In this document: piece by piece, positions 1-8,165 of the stretch | Layout: each line of letters begins with the position of its first letter | How positions within the stretch are numbered: the stretch's first letter is position 1 | NCBI GenBank assembly: GCA_964450845.1 | Contig: CAYVGZ010000021.1 | Span: 1-20,660, forward strand | DNA: 20,660 nt | Reading direction: 5' to 3' | Source of the DNA: an uncultured Candidatus Bathyarchaeia archaeon | GTDB lineage: Archaea > Thermoproteota > Bathyarchaeia > Bathyarchaeales > Bathycorpusculaceae | Position numbers and translations under genes: made by a program | Notes under the pieces: generated by a model | Database searches by the model: none | What the model was told of the DNA's origin: nothing | The model's input: only the letters and a program-made list of their open reading frames with translations

Positions 1-158
1 ACTTTGACACTGTAAACGAAGATGCACAGAAGATTCTCACGGAAGCAGCAACAGTCGCAGAACAGAGAATAAAAGACAAGTTCCCAGAGCTACCGCCCGG
101 AATTCCTGCAATTCCAGCAACTTCAGTAGGCGAAAAAGCATCAACCGAAACCTCGTAA
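1..158 (+). CDS. 3' end of a Snf7/ESCRT-III family protein (CdvB1/B2-like), 5'-truncated by the window edge
   Basis: Manual translation of frame 3 (3..158): FDTVNEDAQKILTEAATVAEQRIKDKFPELPPGIPAIPATSVGEKASTETS*. The 'ILxEAxxVAEQRIKxKFPELP' pattern is typical of the C-terminal part of archaeal ESCRT-III proteins. It ends 17 nt before cdvA. Not in the supplied ORF track. Confidence 0.8.
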   Translation, partial: FDTVNEDAQKILTEAATVAEQRIKDKFPELPPGIPAIPATSVGEKASTETS

Positions 159-175
159 AACGGGGGAGAAAAACG

Positions 176-919
176 ATGTCACAGAACCCCAATCTTTTTC
201 TTTCTGTTGGAAAGCAAATTAAGGATGAATATGGACGTGGGATAGGTAAAGTAGCGTCTTTTGCTTTAACACCAAACGGGAAATTTGACGCAGTCTTCAT
301 AGAGCAAGGTGACGGAAAATTCTTGAAGTTCGCTGCAGAAAACCTGAAATTTGACGGTACCGATATCATGCTGACTTCCAAAATTAAATCAGAGGCAAAT
401 GCTTTCTGCGATCAGATTCCTCTTATATGGCGCAAAGATCAAGCCCTTAAAAGCTTAGTTGAAAAGAAAAAAATCTCGCCAGAACTTTACGAAGATCTCC
501 ACAACAACTTTGATGGGGCATTAAATCAACTGAAAAATGATGCTCAAAATTTAGCAGGAGACTTAGATAAAGAAATTGCCAGATGTGCCAATGAAATAAA
601 AGAGTTGAACTATGCTCTTGTGCACCTTGAAATTGAACATGAAATCGGAAGAACCAATAATGAATCGTATCAAACAGCCTTTACAATAATCCAAGATAAC
701 CTCAAACGAGCCAATATCGAGAAAAGCGACCTTGAACTTACGAGAAACAAGCTTTCAAACATCTTGTTAGGTGAGGCGCCAAAAACTAACGAACAAGAGG
801 AAAGCAAGATACAAGAAGATGAGTCATCAGAAGCTGTTACTTCAACTTCAAATGCTCCAGAGCTTCCAGAGCCACCTGTAGTAGTTTACGTGAAGGAAAT
901 CGGAAAAACCGGCATATAG
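176..919 (+). CDS. cdvA: Cell division protein CdvA
   Basis: N-terminal PRC-barrel-like 'VGKQIKDEYGRGIGKV', long helical/coiled-coil middle, acidic linker, C-terminal beta-strand-like 'VVVYVKE'. RBS GGGGGAG at 162-168. Lies directly upstream of the ESCRT-III and Vps4 genes. Confidence 0.9.
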   Translation: MSQNPNLFLSVGKQIKDEYGRGIGKVASFALTPNGKFDAVFIEQGDGKFLKFAAENLKFDGTDIMLTSKIKSEANAFCDQIPLIWRKDQALKSLVEKKKISPELYEDLHNNFDGALNQLKNDAQNLAGDLDKEIARCANEIKELNYALVHLEIEHEIGRTNNESYQTAFTIIQDNLKRANIEKSDLELTRNKLSNILLGEAPKTNEQEESKIQEDESSEAVTSTSNAPELPEPPVVVYVKEIGKTGI

Positions 920-1007
920 CTGCAACACAAAGTAGCGGACGGAGGGAAAAGCTATCAAAGGATTTCTTCACTCTGACCCTCCACTCCGCGAAGTAGTTAT
1001 CAAATCG

Positions 1008-1847
1008 ATGCAAACACTAAAAATTCAACACAACAAACTTGAACAAGCAAGTTTCAGACTTAAGGAAAGAGACAGGATTCTTTTTCAAACGTGTATACAC
1101 GCCTTAAATAATAAAAATAAGGAAAAAGCAGCAATCTGCGCAAACGAAATGGCAGAAGTTCGAAAGTTAATAAAGTTTCTTTATCATGTAGAGCTTGCTA
1201 TCGAACGTGTAATTCTTAGACTTGAAACAATAAAGGAATTAAGCGACATAGTTGTTGACCTTAAACCAGCCTTAAAACTCCTACAAAGCGTTTCCCAACA
1301 ATTATTTGAAGTATTGCCGGATGTTTCTTCTGAACTGAGCAAGGTTAACGAAGCAATAAGCGAAACGCTCTATACAACGAAGATAACGGCAGATGAATCA
1401 ATAATACCTGTAAACAAGAAAACGCCTGGAGGAGAAGAAATAATAAAAGAAGTCTCCAAATTCCTCGAGCAAAAACTTGCTGAAGAGCTCCCTGAACCGC
1501 CCGCTACTTTAGAAACTCCCAAGCCCGAAAAAACTACACTGAAAGAAATGGTTGCCTTATCAGCCAACTGCTCACAAGCGATAGGCAACGAAACAGTCAT
1601 GGAACCCAATAGAAACTCTTCTCAAACCCTCTTTTCTTTCAAGAAAGCTGAAATTCAAGAATTTTCCTTAAAGGTTGATAAATCATTAGAAGATGTGCTT
1701 CTCGAATATGTTAAGAAAAGTGATGGAGAAATCGATCTGAAACGTTGTTCGATTGATTTACAAGCCTCCTATGAGGAGATTGAGAAAGCCCTTGAAAATT
1801 TGGGAGCGAAGGGAAAAATAAAAATCGCATCGAAAGCGAGAAGATAG
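1008..1847 (+). CDS. cdvB: ESCRT-III/Snf7 cell division protein CdvB with C-terminal winged-helix domain; true start probably upstream (about 954, see findings)
   Basis: Snf7 helices (LKIQHNKLEQ..RLKERD..AAICANEMAEVRK..LERVILRLETI), MIM2-like EELPEPP (1482-1502), C-terminal wH-like 'LEDVLLEYVKKSDGEIDLKRCSIDLQASYEEIEKALENLGAKGKIKI'. Sits between cdvA and cdvC. Confidence 0.9.
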   Translation: MQTLKIQHNKLEQASFRLKERDRILFQTCIHALNNKNKEKAAICANEMAEVRKLIKFLYHVELAIERVILRLETIKELSDIVVDLKPALKLLQSVSQQLFEVLPDVSSELSKVNEAISETLYTTKITADESIIPVNKKTPGGEEIIKEVSKFLEQKLAEELPEPPATLETPKPEKTTLKEMVALSANCSQAIGNETVMEPNRNSSQTLFSFKKAEIQEFSLKVDKSLEDVLLEYVKKSDGEIDLKRCSIDLQASYEEIEKALENLGAKGKIKIASKARR

Positions 1848-1860
1848 GAGAATTAGAATT

Positions 1861-3024
1861 ATGAGTGCTTCCCAAGAACTCGAGAAAGATGCAACTAATT
1901 ATGCGTTGGAAGCTGTCCGCCTAGATAAGCAGGGTTCAAAAGGCATGGCAATAACAATGTATCAGAAAGCCATCGAAACCCTCTTGAAACTCGTTCAGTT
2001 ATATCCCGAATACAGTCTAAATAAAGTTTACATACAAAGAGCAATAGCTTACCAAGAACGAATAAAGGCATTGCAAGGAGCAGTAATGCCTGTTGAACCG
2101 CGAAATGAAGCAGGAGATGTTGAAGGGGCAAAGAGCACAGAAAGTGGAAAATCAAGTTACGAAGAATTAATACTTGCGGAAAAACCAAACGTAAAATGGG
2201 AAGAAGTCGTAGGGCTTGACAACGCCAAAAAAGCAGTAAAAGAAGCCATAGTCTATCCAGTTCAAAGACCAGACCTGTTCCCCTTAGGATGGCCGAGAGG
2301 GATTCTTCTTTTCGGGCCTCCAGGGTGTGGAAAAACGTTGCTGGCTGCAGCGGTTGCCACAGAAATAGATGCGGGTTTTCTTTCGATCGATGCTGCGTCA
2401 ATAATGTCTAAATGGTTAGGTGAGGCTGAACAGAATGTTGCTAAGCTTTTCGGTTCTGTTAGAAAATCTGCTCAAGAGGGAAAACCAGCCATAGTTTTCA
2501 TCGACGAGTTAGACTCTCTCATGGGAAAACATTCAAATGAGGTTGGCGGCGAAGTTCGCGTTAGAAACCAATTCTTGAAAGAAATGGATGGCATCGTAGA
2601 TAAGGGTAAAGACCTTCATGTTTACGTTATTGGAGCGACAAACAAACCGTGGGACTTAGACTGGGCCTTCATAAGACGGTTCCAGAAAAGGATTTTGGTG
2701 CCACTTCCAGACCACCACACCCGTTTGATGATGTTTAAACTCTACACAAGTCATCTGAAACTTGCAACTGATGTTGACTTGCACGAGTTAGCTCGGATTT
2801 CAGAAGGATTTTCTGGAAGTGACATAAGAGATGTTTGCCAATCAGCACAGCTAAAAACTATAGGCGAATTCTTCGAGTCTGGTCAAGCAAACAACAAGCT
2901 GGCTAAGCCGAGGTTTTTAACAATGGATGATTTTAGGCAAATACTAGAAGAGAGGAAACCAAGTGTTTCACTTGACATGTTAGCCTTATACAACAGATGG
3001 TTTGAAGCTTTTAAGGCTCTATAA
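1861..3024 (+). CDS. cdvC: Vps4-like AAA+ ATPase CdvC (MIT domain + AAA)
   Basis: N-terminal MIT (ALEAVRLDKQG..AITMYQKAIETL), Walker A GPPGCGKT, pore loop SKWLGE, Walker B FIDELD, SRH GATNKPWDLD..FIRRFQKR, Vps4-like C-terminal helix KPSVS..YNRWFEAF. RBS AGGAG at 1846-1850. Confidence 0.95.
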   Translation: MSASQELEKDATNYALEAVRLDKQGSKGMAITMYQKAIETLLKLVQLYPEYSLNKVYIQRAIAYQERIKALQGAVMPVEPRNEAGDVEGAKSTESGKSSYEELILAEKPNVKWEEVVGLDNAKKAVKEAIVYPVQRPDLFPLGWPRGILLFGPPGCGKTLLAAAVATEIDAGFLSIDAASIMSKWLGEAEQNVAKLFGSVRKSAQEGKPAIVFIDELDSLMGKHSNEVGGEVRVRNQFLKEMDGIVDKGKDLHVYVIGATNKPWDLDWAFIRRFQKRILVPLPDHHTRLMMFKLYTSHLKLATDVDLHELARISEGFSGSDIRDVCQSAQLKTIGEFFESGQANNKLAKPRFLTMDDFRQILEERKPSVSLDMLALYNRWFEAFKAL

Positions 3025-3060
3025 GAGGAGGGAATGAAAAAGAAAAATTATTTGAACGTC

Positions 3061-3145
3061 GGGTGGAAAGGTTTGGAGAAAGCAATTCTTTTTTAAGTAT
3101 ATCTCCTTTCTCCCCCTCAAACAAAATCTCCAAACCCCACAACCC
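3061..3145. terminator. Imperfect inverted repeat with T-rich tracts between convergent cdvC and mobB; possible bidirectional terminator
   Basis: GGTTTGGAGA (3070-3079) is the exact reverse complement of TCTCCAAACC (3127-3136), with looser pairing out to GGGT/ACCC. T-tracts occur on both strands. Function is inferred from position only. Confidence 0.35.
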
Positions 3146-3161
3146 AACTCAAAAACCCAAG

Positions 3162-3686
3162 TTATAAAACAACTTTCTCCACAATGTCAGCAATTTTTTC
3201 AGGATTTTTAAGAACATCCACATATGGAATTTTTAGATTCAACTTTTCTGTTGAGTAAGGTCCAGTGAAAGCCAAAATAGGTTTGAAATTCTTTGCAGCT
3301 TCTGAAGCTTCTTTAGCAGATCCAACAACCACAATTTTGTGTATGTCTTTTTTCTTGCTTACGAATTTTTTGAATCCTTCAAGAAAAACAATGTCATGCC
3401 CTTTGCATTTCTGCAAAATCTCCTTTAACGAAAAATCTTTTGCTTTTACCTTTTCTATCACCGCTATTTCATTTGATGCTACGCTGATGATTGTTTCAGC
3501 TCCGGATTGGGCAAATCTCCAAGTGTCCTTTCCCGCCGTGTCAATCGTGAAGTCTGGTTCTGGAATATGCTTTACCACAGCGATTTTGTAGCCTCTTCTT
3601 GTAAGATCCTTTGTCAAAGCTTCTATCGCTGTTGTTTTTCCCGAACTTTTGCTTCCAACAATCGCAATGGCAACTGGTCTTTTCAT
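3162..3686 (-). CDS. mobB: Molybdopterin-guanine dinucleotide biosynthesis protein B
   Basis: Walker A IVGSKSSGKTT, 'KIAVVKH', 'DTAGKDTWRFAQSGA' and 'VFLEGFK' motifs and 174-aa length typical of MobB. RBS AAGGTG upstream. Confidence 0.9.
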   Translation of the reverse strand: MKRPVAIAIVGSKSSGKTTAIEALTKDLTRRGYKIAVVKHIPEPDFTIDTAGKDTWRFAQSGAETIISVASNEIAVIEKVKAKDFSLKEILQKCKGHDIVFLEGFKKFVSKKKDIHKIVVVGSAKEASEAAKNFKPILAFTGPYSTEKLNLKIPYVDVLKNPEKIADIVEKVVL

Positions 3687-3699
3687 TTTTGCACCTTTG

Positions 3700-4179
3700 T
3701 CATTTCATTTCTTCATTGAAGATTTTTTCTAACGTTTTCTTGTTTACGTGCAGTTTTTCTGAAAGGTCCTTCGTCCATTTTACGTACGTCCTAAAAAGGT
3801 TTTGAAGTATTTCCGCCTTTTCTTTTTCGGACAAATCTCTTTCTTCGGCTAGCAATAGTACAAACCACTTTCCTAAGTCTGAAAGCTGATAAGCTTTAAC
3901 CCATACGATGCGCCCTTCTTTCTCGATTTTCTCCATGTTCTCCCTCAGAACTTCAAGGCTAGTTAGCGATTTCAAATTTTCAATGATCGTCTTATTTGAA
4001 TAGACAAGTTTTCTAACAAGGTCTTTCTGATAAATCTTATTTGAAATGCCTTGGCTGAGTGAAAATTTTAAAATGTCAACGGCTGCTTTAGAACCGAAAA
4101 TCGCACTTAATATTTTGGTTTTTTGTTCGGATGGAAGAAAAACTACATAAGGATGTAGATTTTCGTTCAAGCGCTTCAC
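3700..4179 (-). CDS. Winged helix-turn-helix protein (ArsR/MarR-like), putative transcription regulator
   Basis: 'IFGSKAAVDILK..IYQKDLVRKLVYSNKTIIENLKSL..L..' HTH followed by wing 'GRIVWVKAYQLSDLGKWF' and a C-terminal helical region. GTG start; ends 13 nt before mobB. Confidence 0.65.
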   Translation of the reverse strand: MKRLNENLHPYVVFLPSEQKTKILSAIFGSKAAVDILKFSLSQGISNKIYQKDLVRKLVYSNKTIIENLKSLTSLEVLRENMEKIEKEGRIVWVKAYQLSDLGKWFVLLLAEERDLSEKEKAEILQNLFRTYVKWTKDLSEKLHVNKKTLEKIFNEEMK

Positions 4180-4264
4180 TTTAATTTGTTTTGTACTTAA
4201 CTTATTTTAAACATTTTGGCTAAAAACAATAGATTTTTTAATAGTCCATCAATATTCTATCAAG

Positions 4265-5299
4265 GTGCTTGAGACGGCTATTGAAAATTGGTTTCCCTCA
4301 GATGGAGACACATTTGTCACCGAAGAGGGTTTCATATTCAACGTTTTTGGATATGAGCATCCAAATGATCGAGTTTTTGCATTCTTGAAATATATTCCCT
4401 GTGAATTTAGGAAACTTTTCCATGTTCGCTTTTTGGAAAGGAATTGGAAGTATGGGCGGATGCAGCTTTTTAGGGCTGAGAAACTCTATACAGCCCAGAA
4501 TTATCAGGCATTTCTTGAAGCTTTTAGGAATAATTTTCCAAATTATGTGTATTTTTGTCCTTTTAGGGGAAAGGAAGTGATTAGTGCGCCACTTAGCTCT
4601 GTCAAAAAAGTTTATGTTCCAAGAGAATGCTTGCGTTTTCTAACTAAACTTGAACACAGGGACAGCTTAGAGAAAATGACTTTAGACTTTATCAGTTTTT
4701 TATCAAGTAAATCTGGTATTGTAATGGAAGACTTTGGTGTTCATGGTTCTATTGCCTTAAACATGCACACGCCCAAGTCAGACATAGACATCGTTGTCTA
4801 TGGGTCGCAAAATTTCCGCAAGCTAGAAAAAACTATGGGAAAGCTTGTTGAGGCTGAAACATTAAGCTACCTGTTTAACAATCGTTTAGATGCTGCCAGA
4901 AGATATAAGGGGCAATACAAGAACAAGGTTTTCATGTATAACGCGGTTCGAAAACCAGAAGAGGTCAATTCAAAGTATGGAGCATTCAAGTATTCACCAA
5001 TAGTCTATGTCAAGTTTCGTTGCACAGTTAAAGATGACAAAGAAGCCATGTTTCGCCCAGCAATTTATAAAATCAAAGACTACGAACCAGTTAATCCAAC
5101 TTCAGCACTTCCCAAAAATAAAATTCCAGAGCTTGTGGTTTCTATGATTGGGTGCTACAGAAACATTGCCAGACAAGGAGACAAAATTCAGGTTTCTGGG
5201 ATGTTAGAGCGGGTCGAAAACGTTGAGACGGGTAACGTTTTCCATCAAGTCGTGGTTGGAACTGGCACAGTCGAGGAAGAACATATTTGGCCACTCTAA
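4265..5299 (+). CDS. Pol-beta-superfamily nucleotidyltransferase (COG1665-like), paralogue 1
   Basis: N-terminal '[29 protein letters not shown]', catalytic '[22 protein letters not shown]', C-terminal beta-rich domain. TATA-like TTTTTAAT at 4235-4242, about 25 nt before the GTG, suggests a leaderless transcript. Confidence 0.85.
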   Translation: MLETAIENWFPSDGDTFVTEEGFIFNVFGYEHPNDRVFAFLKYIPCEFRKLFHVRFLERNWKYGRMQLFRAEKLYTAQNYQAFLEAFRNNFPNYVYFCPFRGKEVISAPLSSVKKVYVPRECLRFLTKLEHRDSLEKMTLDFISFLSSKSGIVMEDFGVHGSIALNMHTPKSDIDIVVYGSQNFRKLEKTMGKLVEAETLSYLFNNRLDAARRYKGQYKNKVFMYNAVRKPEEVNSKYGAFKYSPIVYVKFRCTVKDDKEAMFRPAIYKIKDYEPVNPTSALPKNKIPELVVSMIGCYRNIARQGDKIQVSGMLERVENVETGNVFHQVVVGTGTVEEEHIWPL

Positions 5300-6357
5300 G
5301 GCTCAGAGATCGTGACACAATAATAACAAAAGAAGGCTTAATTTTCCGTGTTTTCGGCTATGCTCATCCGTTAAACGCTTACATTTGCGACGCTGAATAT
5401 GCGCCAGCGGGAATTTTCAAATCCGAAAATCCAAAAGCCTTTCGAAGTGCAGGAAAACGCGTTTTTTACAAATTCTATGAGGACGAAGGCTGGAAGTTTG
5501 TCAAAAATAATTTTCCGCAACACATGATTTATCTTCCAACACTCCGCAAGAAGGTTGTAGGCGTTGAGCATAACAACATTGTGAAAGTGCGGAAACCAAA
5601 CAAGGAGCTTGGAAAACTAATTGAGAAAAAGCCTAGAGACAAGCTTTCTACAGCTTTACAAAGCGCCTTAAAAATTATAACCGAAAGTTCTGGCTTATCA
5701 ACGAAGAACTTTGGCGTTTTTGGCTCTTTGCTCCACGGATTTTACCATCCAAGATTTTCTGACATAGACTTAATCGTTTACAACAGAAAAAACTTGGCAA
5801 AACTGCGGGAGACTTTGCAGGAATTTTATCAAGACAGAAATTCTCTGTTTAGGAACGAGTTTGAACGTAATGACTCGATTAGGGGAAAAAATTGGAGATT
5901 TCAGAATTATAGTCTAAGAGAATTTGTGTGGCATCAGCAAAGAAAACTGGTTTATGCCGTGCTTAATGACGAAAAAAGTGGAAGAATCATTAAGACAGAG
6001 TTTGAACCCGTGAAAGACTGGAAAGAGATACAAGACATACGTTTTTCTGAGATGAAAATCGTGCAGAAAGGTTGGGTTAAAATGTTTGCACGCATAACAG
6101 AAGACTATGATGCGCCTTTTATTCCTTCAGTTTACGGTATCGAGCCCTCAAAAATTTTAGATGGAAAAGCTGGTGCTGACGAAGCCAGACGTCTGACCTC
6201 TTACATGGAGGAATTTCGAATGCAAGCCAACAAACATGAGAAAGTCTACATAGAAGGAAACTTGGAGGAAGTTGTAACACCGAAAGATAGCTTTTACCAA
6301 ATCACTTTAACATATTGCCCAAGATACAACGAGCAAGTATTAAAAGTCGTACCATAG
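5287..6357 (+). CDS. Pol-beta-superfamily nucleotidyltransferase (COG1665-like), paralogue 2
   Basis: '[22 protein letters not shown]', catalytic '[23 protein letters not shown]'. TTG start overlaps the end of paralogue 1; RBS GAGGA upstream. Confidence 0.85.
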   Translation: MATLRLRDRDTIITKEGLIFRVFGYAHPLNAYICDAEYAPAGIFKSENPKAFRSAGKRVFYKFYEDEGWKFVKNNFPQHMIYLPTLRKKVVGVEHNNIVKVRKPNKELGKLIEKKPRDKLSTALQSALKIITESSGLSTKNFGVFGSLLHGFYHPRFSDIDLIVYNRKNLAKLRETLQEFYQDRNSLFRNEFERNDSIRGKNWRFQNYSLREFVWHQQRKLVYAVLNDEKSGRIIKTEFEPVKDWKEIQDIRFSEMKIVQKGWVKMFARITEDYDAPFIPSVYGIEPSKILDGKAGADEARRLTSYMEEFRMQANKHEKVYIEGNLEEVVTPKDSFYQITLTYCPRYNEQVLKVVP

Positions 6358-6361
6358 CAGG

Positions 6362-7375
6362 CTATGCCAACACCATGTAGTCTGAAGGCTGATTTCCAAG
6401 CAAAAGCCTGAAATGTTCGCGGTTTTGCCTATCATCCATTACACGTTCGACTTTTCCCTGTGCGATAACCGTTTCGCTGGTTCTGGCTTGTTCGCAAAAT
6501 CTGCCTCGAAAAGAAGCGATTTCCTCAATCGGGCACATGCTGGTTCCGTCTAAGATTTCTACGTTTTTAAGCTTATAGTTACAAGGCGTGAAAATCGCTT
6601 CGGAATCGTCTGCAATTTCAGCTTTAATTCTTGCGTAACCAACATTCCTGTATTGTATTGTACCATATTCTTCTCGAATTTCTCTCCAATCCTTAACAAA
6701 CCGCATAAAATAATCTCGATCCTTGAACTTGCCCTGCAAAACTTTCCGTGGCTCTGTGCGCACAAAATCCTTGAAAGACACCTTCGTGTCTTCTACGCGA
6801 AACTCGAAAAGTTTCTGCAAATCTTCAATTGCGTATGCCTTCACATGGCTTTTCGAATCTTGCATTAAAGACTTTAATGCCTCATAGACCTTGCGACAGT
6901 TTTCACCTCCATAGATTATCGGGTCAATATCCGAACTTGGCGTGTGCAATTTAACAAGAAGCGAACCCGAAATCCCTATTTTACTCCATGGCATGTTCGC
7001 ACGCTCTTTTACAAGTTCCAGAAAACTGAGTGCATCTTTTTCTAAACTATCTAGTCTATTACAGTGTCGAAGTTCTCGTAGACGATTAACAGGCTTATAA
7101 TGGTGTTTTACATTTTCCAACGGTATTTCGCAAAGTTTTTCGTCAAAAATAGAATCGTAAACTATGAACTGCGGAAAATTCTGTTCAAGAAATTTGAAGC
7201 GCGCAGACATGCTGTAAACCTTCCTATAGGCGACCTCTTCTCGCACACGATTGCCACGAGGATCAGGAATAAACCGGGGAAAAGCAATAACCTTATTTGG
7301 AGGATGAACTAAACCCTTAACGTCGAATATTATCCCGTCTAAATCTCTGAGAATGTCCCCTTCTCTTGCTTTCAT
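6362..7375 (-). CDS. Pol-beta-superfamily nucleotidyltransferase (COG1665-like), paralogue 3
   Basis: 'REGDILRDLDGIIFDVKGLVHPPNKVIAFPRF', catalytic 'GISGSLLVKLHTPSSDIDPIIY', 'FRGRFCEQA'. The start overlaps the upstream membrane-gene stop (ATGA). Confidence 0.85.
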   Translation of the reverse strand: MKAREGDILRDLDGIIFDVKGLVHPPNKVIAFPRFIPDPRGNRVREEVAYRKVYSMSARFKFLEQNFPQFIVYDSIFDEKLCEIPLENVKHHYKPVNRLRELRHCNRLDSLEKDALSFLELVKERANMPWSKIGISGSLLVKLHTPSSDIDPIIYGGENCRKVYEALKSLMQDSKSHVKAYAIEDLQKLFEFRVEDTKVSFKDFVRTEPRKVLQGKFKDRDYFMRFVKDWREIREEYGTIQYRNVGYARIKAEIADDSEAIFTPCNYKLKNVEILDGTSMCPIEEIASFRGRFCEQARTSETVIAQGKVERVMDDRQNREHFRLLLGNQPSDYMVLA

Positions 7376-8136
7376 TGACTGCCTTCTCGTGTTCTAGGCT
7401 CTAAAGAATCTACTGCAAGTGCTTTTATATTAGCTCTTTTCAGCGTTAGAAGTACAGCTGTGCCAATGATTGATCCAGCGAGACTGTTTAGAGAGTCAGC
7501 TATGGCATAATAAACTGTCATTGGCGCCCAATACGGATACATTTCTGGAACGCCCCAATTCAAAATCCACACAGCATTGTTGTTGCTGGCTGCAACCTCT
7601 CCTCCTATTCGTGCGGTCCATGCAAGACACCATAATGCTATTGCTAGTTTTGTTGGACTATTTCTGGCCGTTATGACTCTTTGAATCCATTTTCTTACTG
7701 GAGGTACGAGGATAAACACGATAACAGGTACGTATTGCCACGTTATGATGGGCATTGCTTGATACCATGCGAATGGATGTGCAAACCATACTGCCATTTG
7801 CACCACAAAAATCAAGGTTGCTTCTTTCCACTTGTTAAACAATACGAGTCCGCCCATTAAAGCGGACATCGTTGGACCCAGAAAAGTAAGTAAGCCCATA
7901 TTTGTTGCTGGGTTTACATATGGAACAAGCCATCCAAAAATAAAGCCAGAAACTGTACCCCACAACGGGCCCAATAAGATAACCGTTAAACACGAAAATA
8001 CAATGCCAGACAACGTAATTACCGCAGATGTTCCTAAAACAGGGTACGTAGGTATTATCGCAAGTGCCAACATTAAAGCAGTCCACACACCTGTTAAAGC
8101 CAAAAGTAGGGAATTAGTAACGTATTTTTGAGTCAT
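7372..8136 (-). CDS. Integral membrane protein, ECF transporter S-component-like (254 aa)
   Basis: Real start judged to be ATG at 8136 (MTQKYVTNSLLLALTGVWTAL..). The longer ORF to 8661 is antisense to citG. Multiple TM segments; 'ILLGPLWGTVSGFIFGWL' resembles the 'xxLGPxxGxxxGxxGxxx' pattern of S components. Confidence 0.65.
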   Translation of the reverse strand: MTQKYVTNSLLLALTGVWTALMLALAIIPTYPVLGTSAVITLSGIVFSCLTVILLGPLWGTVSGFIFGWLVPYVNPATNMGLLTFLGPTMSALMGGLVLFNKWKEATLIFVVQMAVWFAHPFAWYQAMPIITWQYVPVIVFILVPPVRKWIQRVITARNSPTKLAIALWCLAWTARIGGEVAASNNNAVWILNWGVPEMYPYWAPMTVYYAIADSLNSLAGSIIGTAVLLTLKRANIKALAVDSLEPRTREGSQ

Positions 8137-8165
8137 TGTAAACCAACCGATGTCACATTTTTCAT

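Noticed and set aside
37-381. 114-aa minus-strand ORF and the other short ORFs nested in or antisense to assigned genes (e.g. 1370..1609, 1895..2401, 3265..3591, 7832..8131, 9411..9764, 10595..10945, 13203..13523)
   Set aside because: These are shadow ORFs of strongly supported genes and have no recognisable motifs.
3112-3158. Minus-strand G-quadruplex
   Set aside because: Four G-runs exist but two loops are long (about 10 and 18 nt), so it is a poor fit to a stable G4. Kept only as a remark in the intergenic finding.
4265-7375. Nucleotidyltransferases as MNT-HEPN toxin-antitoxin, CBASS cyclases or CCA-adding enzymes
   Set aside because: They are about 340-355 aa with family-specific N- and C-terminal domains, no HEPN partner or CBASS effector is adjacent, and the architecture does not match archaeal CCA enzymes.
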